Positions 57,680-64,000 of a stretch of 64,000 nt of DNA are shown here, in pieces. The position numbers and the translations under genes were made by a program. Numbering within the stretch: position 1 is the first letter of the stretch; the number at the start of each line of letters is the position of its first letter. The notes under the pieces are model-generated. The model was not told the DNA's origin, searched no databases, and saw only the letters and a list, made by a program, of their open reading frames with translations. The DNA is from an uncultured Candidatus Sumerlaeota bacterium (GTDB taxonomy: Bacteria; Sumerlaeota; Sumerlaeia; SLMS01; JAHLLQ01), in NCBI GenBank assembly GCA_964580585.1, contig CAZOKZ010000006.1:45492-109491 (forward strand), read 5' to 3'.

Positions 57680-57910
57680 TTAGATCGATTCTTCTTCCAA
57701 TTGACGCAAAACCTTGCGCGGAGCGGCTTTATCCACCGAATTGCTCTTCAACGCCTTGGTCGAAACATACGCGCGGCGAACCGTGCCGGTTTCGTCCACG
57801 ATTTTGACTTTCTGGATATTCGCGCCAAACACGCGTTTGGTTCTATTATTGGCGTGACTGACGTTATTGCCCGTCGTCCGCTTTTTGCCGGTAACTTCGC
57901 ACTTAGCCAT
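57680..57910 (-). CDS. rpmB: 50S ribosomal protein L28
   Basis: MAKCEVTGKKRTTGNNVSHANNRTKRVFGANIQKVKIVDETGTVRRAYVSTKALKS. The ORF track extends upstream to 58129. The true start is the internal ATG. Confidence 0.85.
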   Translation of the reverse strand: MAKCEVTGKKRTTGNNVSHANNRTKRVFGANIQKVKIVDETGTVRRAYVSTKALKSNSVDKAAPRKVLRQLEEESI

Positions 57911-58046
57911 GACTGAACGCACCATGAACACAGATTTGCCCGCATAGCGGGGAAGGGAAGAGTCCGCACCCCGACCGCTCAGGTCAAAGGAAAAATGCGC
58001 CGCTTTCGAGTTTTTTGCGCTTAATTGCCCGAGAAATCCTCTGTCT

Positions 58047-58532
58047 TCAAGGTTCGACGAGTAAAAAATCTGAAGGAGGCTCGTGCTCGGAAGGTAAAGG
58101 CAGACCTGATTTCTCGCAACTGATCTCAAACTTGGTTAGAAGAATCTTATAGTCGCACAGATAAAAATCCACTCTTCCAGGAAGGAGTGTCAAATCGATG
58201 AACCCAACCTCCCCGTATGGCATCTGCACATCGTTTCGGTCGAAGATTGTCTCGAAATCGTCGATTTCGCAGTCGGGAGAAACCTCCAATTTCAGGGTAT
58301 CGATAACTCCCTCTTCCTTTGTGGCGACGGTCAACTCGATCCATTTTGGGTCGATACGTTTTACGGTTACCACGAACGGACCGGGGCCATACGTGACATG
58401 TCTCGTGAACAAAACGCCTGCGAACAAAACGCCTGCGGTGAATACAATCACTAAAAAAAGGACTACTACGAAGCGGTGTGAGCGTTTCGGTTGTGGGTGG
58501 GGTTGATTTTCTGATTGGGCGTCGTGTTCCAT
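58047..58532 (-). CDS. single-TM protein with C-terminal beta domain (possibly NfeD-like partner of the SPFH protein)
   Basis: TM (FVVVLFLVIVFTAGVLFAGVLF) then ~110-aa soluble domain. Contains a 15-bp tandem duplication (gaacaaaacgcctgc x2). Confidence 0.45.
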   Translation of the reverse strand: MEHDAQSENQPHPQPKRSHRFVVVLFLVIVFTAGVLFAGVLFTRHVTYGPGPFVVTVKRIDPKWIELTVATKEEGVIDTLKLEVSPDCEIDDFETIFDRNDVQMPYGEVGFIDLTLLPGRVDFYLCDYKILLTKFEISCEKSGLPLPSEHEPPSDFLLVEP

Positions 58533-58671
58533 GGGTGCCTGCCCTTAATGAAACGGAACGAATGATCAAATCGTGTACATGAATATTCTTAATCCTGCAC
58601 ATCCTGTCCATCCCAGTTAAAAATAAAAACACCGGAAGAACACGCGGGCGTCCCCGTGGCTCCTCCGGCGG

Positions 58672-59781
58672 TCAAACAAGCTTGGTCACGTGCTCGGCGA
58701 GGCCCTTCTCGCCCAGGATGACCGTCAGGTTGGTCTTCGGCGCGATCTTCTCCAGCGTTTCCAACTCGCGCAGGCGCAGCAACGCCGGGTTGGCGTCGAG
58801 CAGCTTGGCCGAGTTGGCCTGGTGACGCATGGCCGCCGTTTCCTCGCGACGCGTGATCAACGCGGCTTCCGCGCTCTTGCGAGCCTCGGTTACCTTGTTG
58901 AGCAGTTCACGCATATCGCCCGGCAGAATCACGTCGCGGATACCGAAGCCGGTGACTTCGACGCCGATGCCCGACCCGCGCACCGCCAGGGCAGCGTGCA
59001 GTTCGTTCGTCAGCGCGTCTTTATCGGCCAGCACGGCGTCCAGATCGCGGGTGCCAATCGCGGCGCGTAGAGCAAGCTGCGCCTCGCGGTAGAGCGCCGC
59101 GCCGCAATCGGCAACTTCGCTCAGGGCTACGACCGGATCGACGATACGGTACTTGACCAGCGCGTTCAAACGTAGTGTTACGCGGTCGGAAGTCATGATA
59201 TCCTGGCCAGCGACATCAAGCGACTGCTCGCGGCGGTCGGCCAGACGGAACGTCACGCGGCCCGCTGCTTTCCAGAACGCGTACACGCCCGGCGCGAACG
59301 AATCGACGAATCGGCCGTCCACAAAGAGCAAACCGGTCTGGTGATTTTCAACCACGAACAAATCGAGATGTTCGCGTGCGACCGGCGAGTTGACGATCGT
59401 ACGGAAATCCGCGTGTTCGAACTGTGCCGTCGCGATATTGATCTTTTCGACGCGCACATCGTTCATGATCTTCCAGAGGGCTGCCATGCCCGGCGAAAGA
59501 ATCGCAGTGAATCGTCCATCGATCCACACGAGCGCGCGCTCGTTGTCCTTCACGTCAACGATTTCGGCCAAATCGCCGAACGCTCCGCTGCGGATAATCG
59601 AATCGAGTTCGCGATGCACGACAACCGGACGGTTGACCGGTATCACATCGATACGAAGACGATTAACCGGGTCGAAAAACTTATGCACGCCCGGTTCGAG
59701 AATTTCTACGAAGTCGCGATTGCGGAACAAAAACCCGCGTTCGGACTTGGTAATGGTGGTACGAGTGAAGAGAAACGTCAT
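58672..59781 (-). CDS. SPFH/band-7 (stomatin/HflC-like) protein
   Basis: SD AAAGGAGGG plus ATG (MTFLFTR...). C-terminal SPFH core with a coiled-coil tail. Terminator hairpin plus T-run downstream (~58600-58655). Confidence 0.7.
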   Translation of the reverse strand: MTFLFTRTTITKSERGFLFRNRDFVEILEPGVHKFFDPVNRLRIDVIPVNRPVVVHRELDSIIRSGAFGDLAEIVDVKDNERALVWIDGRFTAILSPGMAALWKIMNDVRVEKINIATAQFEHADFRTIVNSPVAREHLDLFVVENHQTGLLFVDGRFVDSFAPGVYAFWKAAGRVTFRLADRREQSLDVAGQDIMTSDRVTLRLNALVKYRIVDPVVALSEVADCGAALYREAQLALRAAIGTRDLDAVLADKDALTNELHAALAVRGSGIGVEVTGFGIRDVILPGDMRELLNKVTEARKSAEAALITRREETAAMRHQANSAKLLDANPALLRLRELETLEKIAPKTNLTVILGEKGLAEHVTKLV

Positions 59782-60233
59782 CAGGCTTCCCTCCTTTCCA
59801 AAAGAAAATGATGTGGAGAAGTTCCAAAGCTTCTCCCTCCCTACCTTCAAAAAAACGAAAACCGTTTGGTTTCCGAAAACAGCCAATTATTGAGAGAAAA
59901 CGAACCGCCTCGCCACGCTTGGCGTGCGGAACGCCGGTTGAGACACAAGGTGTCCACTGCCTGGCCGCGCGCGTTGGCGGCGCCTTCACCGGGGGGACGG
60001 AGCACAACCCACTGTTCCATCTCCATCTCCAACTCTGTCCCCCGATGGGGCGGCGCCACCAAAACATTGCTGCCGGGTAGCGGTTATCTCGTGCCGGTAT
60101 CCCCGGCGTTTCATGGCCGCCGCGCGCTGCGTCTCCGTCCCCGCGCCCGAAAGCGGGGGAGCGAATCGGCAGGCGAATGGCGGTTCGTCTTCTCAAGCGA
60201 GATGCAAAGAAAAGCGTTGCTCACCTTTGCTTG

Positions 60234-60306
60234 TCGAATAGACCGGAATCGAACCGGCTACCTACAGGTCCATGCCTGTCGCTCTGACCAATTGAGCTTC
60301 TATTCC
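60234..60306 (-). tRNA. tRNA-like sequence, probably a pseudogene (aberrant anticodon arm)
   Basis: Reverse complement GGAATAGAAGCTCAATTGGTCAGAGCGACAGGCATGGACCTGTAGGTAGCCGGTTCGATTCCGGTCTATTCGA. D- and T-arms are good. Anticodon stem ACAGG/CCTGT encloses only 6 nt (CATGGA). G1:G72 mismatch. No CCA. Confidence 0.4.
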
Positions 60307-60427
60307 CACTTGAAAGTGGTGGTGCACGAAGGAGAACTTTCAGAACCCGTTGCGCGGTACAGACTGCTTTCGACGCCGTAGCGGAAACGCCTGCCGCCGG
60401 AGTTCTCCAAGGATGCCGATGGATGAT

Positions 60428-60504
60428 TGGCGCTCCAGAAGGGATTTGAACCCTCATCTTTCGCCTCGACAGGGCGACGCTCTCGCCAATTAAGCTACCG
60501 GAGC
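60428..60504 (-). tRNA. tRNA-Asp (anticodon GTC), CCA encoded
   Basis: Reverse complement GCTCCGGTAGCTTAATTGGCGAGAGCGTCGCCCTGTCGAGGCGAAAGATGAGGGTTCAAATCCCTTCTGGAGCGCCA. GTC in the anticodon loop. Confidence 0.85.
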
Positions 60505-61595
60505 GCATGGATAACGCAGAGAATTCGCGGCGCCCGGCCTGTTACTCGGGCGCCGCGCCCCCTGCTCGTTGCCGATTTTTCCAATGGAACGGAGTCAATT
60601 GCCCTCTGGAATTATCGGCTCCTGTGTGTGATGCAAAATTGCGTAGGACTCGTACTTGTTGCGCACGATTTCGGCCTTGCGCAACCGCGAGCCATCGTTC
60701 GCGTCGTTCGATTCGACGGAGAATGTTAAATAGGTGATAAATTCTTCGTCGTATTCTTCGAACCAAAAAACGCGATGCAGACTTTTTTGCGAAACGTGAA
60801 CGATCATCGTGCGCGCCTCCTTTCTTTGTTAATATAAGTGCAGATCTTTCTTAATATAGTTTGAATTGCGTGCCACGAAGACAGCAGAGAACTCGAAGTT
60901 GGATTCATTACCATCCCCATGCGCGAGTCGAAAACGACTCGCGACCATCCCTATCCCCTTCGAGTTCTCGGCGATCCTCGCGGCAAAAACGAAAAGTGTG
61001 TTAATACACTTGGCAATGTCAAAGAGCACCCCGCGCCGTTCAAAACTGCACGAGTTTCTTTGTTCGACGTCAAAGTAACCGTCGAACGATTTTATTTTGC
61101 AGACAACGGAAAGACCACTGCCGTTTGCAGGCGAAAGTTCGCTACCGAGAGCTGTTACGGGGTTTGCCGAGCGTGAAAATCGGGCTGATTATTGCGCCGA
61201 TGATCCGGTGAATCGCAAACCGTTGCAATCTCGTTCGGGTTGCAGCGTGTCCTCGGACCAATAGATTGCGGCCGAGGAACTGACACTGCCTGCAAACCCG
61301 TTTCCGGGGAGGCAACATGGATCCTGGTAATTATGTTCGTGCCGCATCATGGTCCTGCGATTCCTTCGAGAGGTGTGTGAAAAAGATTTGCGATGTGTAG
61401 AAAGTTCGGTGCGAGAGTGCAAGAGAAAAATTGCACCGATGTGAATTTAAATTTCATTAACAAACATACGCCGCGAAATTCATCGCGGCGTAGTGTTAGT
61501 ATAGTTTGCAAAAACGCTATTAATGTTTGGGCCAAACGTTAATAATATTCACACATCATGATATCAGATAGCACACTGAATGGCATGAATTAATA

Positions 61596-62525
61596 TTACT
61601 GAACGATGCCCTTTGTGACTTTCATGAACACGTCTTCCAGATCGATTTCCTGTTCCTGAACGCTGGTGAATTTGATGCCGTGTTCCTGCAATTTTTCGAT
61701 TACATAATCTTCCTGATCGAAATCCACAGGCAGGTGAATTTGCAGCACTTTGCCGTCGCGTTCGACTTCGACCACGTTTTTGTCGTTCAGGAAAACATCC
61801 TCCGCTTTTTGCTCGAAACCTTCTTTGACCTTTACTTCGACGATGCGCGCGCCACGCAATTGTTCGGTGATCGCCTTGATGTCGCCGGCATAGTGCAATT
61901 TGCCCTGCTCCATGATGCCGACCTTGTTACAGAAGTCGGCGAGTTCGGTCAGGATGTGCGAGCTGATCAGGATTGTCTTGCCCATGTTGCGCAGTTCTTT
62001 GAGCAACTCGCGCAGTTCGATGCGCGCGCGCGGGTCGAGACCCGAGGCCGGTTCATCGAGTAAGAGCACCTGGGGATCGTGCACGAGTGTTTTCGCGAGG
62101 CAAAGACGTTGCTTCATGCCGCGCGAGAGCGCCTCGACATAGTCGTTCTTTTTGTGCGTCAGATCGGTCAGCTCCAGCACGTCGTCGATGATTTGCTTAC
62201 GGCGGGCCTTTTCGATTTTGTAGGCGGCGGCGAAGAAATCCAGGTACTCCCAGACCTTCATGTCGTCGTACACGCCAAAGCTATCGGGCATGTAACCCAT
62301 CACGCGTTTCACGTCGTCGGCCTGGGTCAGCACATTGTACCCACAAACGAGCGCGTAGCCTTGGGTGGGCTTGAGCAGCGTCGCCAGAATTTTGATCGTG
62401 GTCGTTTTTCCGGCGCCGTTGGGGCCGATGAACCCGAAAATGTCGCCTTTGTCGATTTCAAACGACAAATTATTGACTGCCACCAGGTCCTTGTAAACCT
62501 TCGTCACGTTGCGAATTTCGATCAT
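61596..62525 (-). CDS. ABC transporter ATP-binding protein (ABC-2 type), no adjacent permease gene
   Basis: Walker A GPNGAGKTT, signature LSRGMKQRL, Walker B LLLDEPASGLD. No permease-like ORF in the downstream 780 bp. Confidence 0.8.
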   Translation of the reverse strand: MIEIRNVTKVYKDLVAVNNLSFEIDKGDIFGFIGPNGAGKTTTIKILATLLKPTQGYALVCGYNVLTQADDVKRVMGYMPDSFGVYDDMKVWEYLDFFAAAYKIEKARRKQIIDDVLELTDLTHKKNDYVEALSRGMKQRLCLAKTLVHDPQVLLLDEPASGLDPRARIELRELLKELRNMGKTILISSHILTELADFCNKVGIMEQGKLHYAGDIKAITEQLRGARIVEVKVKEGFEQKAEDVFLNDKNVVEVERDGKVLQIHLPVDFDQEDYVIEKLQEHGIKFTSVQEQEIDLEDVFMKVTKGIVQ

Positions 62526-62897
62526 TCATCTGGCTCCTATGCCGGTATGGTAAAGCAACACATCCCAAGTCGATTGTTTAGGCGAGAACCTTTAGTGATG
62601 GCGAGAGATTTCTTCCCGAAATCAAGTCCCTGTTGGAATTAGGACGAAACTTTGCGCCTGATTGTTTCAATACGAAAACGTTCGAGGAATCCTCTTTGCC
62701 GACACCGAGATAATTTTCCTCTCGAATAACTGAAATCCGTTCCTGTGATTTGGCGAGAAAAATCGTGAATGACCTCTCACTTAATCATTGACCTGGGATA
62801 AGGAGGGACCTAAACAAGACGCCGCTTTCGCGGAACGCCCGAGGCCATCCGGGTCATAGCGCTGAGGCGGTCGTCCAAAGATTTCTTTCGATGACAT

Positions 62898-62973
62898 GCT
62901 GGTGTAGCTCAATTGGCAGAGCACCTGATTTGTAATCAGGCGGTTGCGGGTTCGAGTCCCATCACCAGCTCCA
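62898..62973 (+). tRNA. tRNA-Thr (anticodon TGT)
   Basis: GCTGGTGTAGCTCAATTGGCAGAGCACCTGATTTGTAATCAGGCGGTTGCGGGTTCGAGTCCCATCACCAGCTCCA. Confidence 0.8.
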
Positions 62974-62999
62974 CCAATTTGACGGTTCTTATAGCTTGT

Positions 63000-63087
63000 G
63001 GGCAGGTGGCCGAGCGGTTAATGGCAGCAGACTGTAAATCTGCCGAGCGGAAGCTCTACGTTGGTTCGAATCCAGCCCTGCCCACCA
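63000..63087 (+). tRNA. tRNA-Tyr (anticodon GTA), long variable arm
   Basis: GGGCAGGTGGCCGAGCGGTTAATGGCAGCAGACTGTAAATCTGCCGAGCGGAAGCTCTACGTTGGTTCGAATCCAGCCCTGCCCACCA. Confidence 0.85.
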
Positions 63088-63126
63088 TCTTTTTTCTTTC
63101 CATGCAACTTCCAACCGGACGTTCTC

Positions 63127-63603
63127 ATGAGTCTCATGATGAAAGTTCGCCAATATCGGGACTCGGATCTTCGGTCCGTGGCGCACCTTTTCGTGGACTC
63201 GGTGCGCTCCGTTGAGGATCGGTTCTATAACGAGTCTCAACGCGCCGCGTGGGCACCCCAACCGATTGACCTGGAAATCTGGCAGCGGCGGCTCTCGGTC
63301 CTTCAAACCCTCGTCGCAGAGGAAGGGGGGCATCTCGTTGGTTTCATTTCGTTTGAATCAAACGGCCATATTGAATTTCTCTACACTCATCCGGCCTGCG
63401 AGCGTCGCGGAGTAGCCTCGGCACTTTATCGTCAGGTTGAATCGAGGTTGGTTTCCGCTGGAATTTGCGAGATATTCACCGAAGCAAGCTTGGTCGCCCG
63501 TTCATTTTTTGAAAAACAGGGTTTCAAAACAATCGAGGAACAACGCGTGTCGCTCCGAGGGGTTGCGTTCCTGCGATTTTCGATGCGAAAATCTATTTTG
63601 TGA
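63127..63603 (+). CDS. GNAT family N-acetyltransferase
   Basis: Start at MSLMMKVRQYRD, downstream of the tRNA-Tyr 3' end. Motif HPACERRGVASALYRQVE. Confidence 0.65.
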   Translation: MSLMMKVRQYRDSDLRSVAHLFVDSVRSVEDRFYNESQRAAWAPQPIDLEIWQRRLSVLQTLVAEEGGHLVGFISFESNGHIEFLYTHPACERRGVASALYRQVESRLVSAGICEIFTEASLVARSFFEKQGFKTIEEQRVSLRGVAFLRFSMRKSIL

Positions 63604-63828
63604 AGCGAATGGAGCCACCTTGGCGAATTCGCGAAACGGTTCTGAGCGGGATTTTTCTGAGAAAGAAGTTATATACGGGTGGAATAAAAAAACCTCTGAT
63701 TTTGTTGAACTTCGCTCGAATCATCGACTTTAAACGAACAACGAATTATTAAAAAAATAATCGAAAGAGGGGCTTGACACGCGGGGGCATTCACCGCTAC
63801 ACAACTGCTCCCCTTCGAGGGGAAGTGA

Positions 63829-63904
<76 letters not shown>

Positions 63905-63970
63905 ACAAAAAATAAGCAAAGCGGAGAGAAGCCTTCTCCGCTTGTTTTTGCGTCCGGTGTCCCCCAAAGT

Positions 63971-64000
63971 GGCGAGATAGCTCAGATGGCTAGAGCGAGG
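63971..64000 (+). tRNA. 5' part of a tRNA gene (truncated by window end; identity undetermined)
   Basis: GGCGAGATAGCTCAGATGGCTAGAGCGAGG has a canonical acceptor stem and D-arm. Confidence 0.5.

Noticed and set aside
57466-57807. 113-aa plus-strand ORF and other small ORFs over 57466-57680
   Set aside because: The region encodes SRP RNA (ffs) on the minus strand. The ORFs are coincidental.
59887-60233. Possible structured ncRNA (10-bp inverted repeat GGGGACGGAG/CTCCGTCCCC ~140 nt apart) upstream of the tRNA cluster. Checked by eye for RNase P, tmRNA and 6S signatures.
   Set aside because: No conserved RNase P (GGAAAGUCCGG...), tmRNA or 6S motifs recognised. Left unannotated.
60595-60807. 70-aa minus-strand ORF in the AT-rich region downstream of the ABC ATPase
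   Set aside because: No RBS or motif support. Could be real but unsupported, so not listed as a feature.

Overview
High-GC (~58-60%) bacterial chromosomal segment, probably Planctomycetota. I infer this from the DUF1559/prepilin-type protein, the low-complexity extensions on ribosomal proteins and the overall gene content. Most of the window is core or housekeeping. There is an rpsF-ssb-rpsR-rplI operon, rplS, rpmB, SRP RNA (ffs), eight tRNA loci (one apparently defective), lon, trmL, surE and PBP2. There is an LPS/outer-membrane cluster (MOP flippase, LptD-like, O-antigen-ligase-like), a znuA-orfX-znuC-znuB zinc importer operon, a GH31 glycosidase, a B12-radical SAM enzyme and an LplT-Aas three-domain fusion. 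Things that stand out: (1) four tandem, translationally coupled, divergent paralogous membrane-protein genes directly upstream of and co-oriented with the rpsF operon, plus a six-codon fifth start relic; (2) a cobalamin riboswitch in front of a DUF1559 prepilin-like gene; (3) a cluster of three SPFH/band-7 genes with zinc-ribbon and NfeD-like partners, interleaved with ffs and rpmB; (4) two inverted copies of a ~150 bp MITE-like element; (5) an AT-rich island with orphan genes and a poly-G tract; (6) a membrane protein with four SFNSLMF repeats; (7) an IS630 transposase relic; (8) an extra tightly coupled ORF inside the znu operon. No CRISPR array or intact mobile element is present. All calls are based on reading the sequence and ORF translations by eye. 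No database searches were run.
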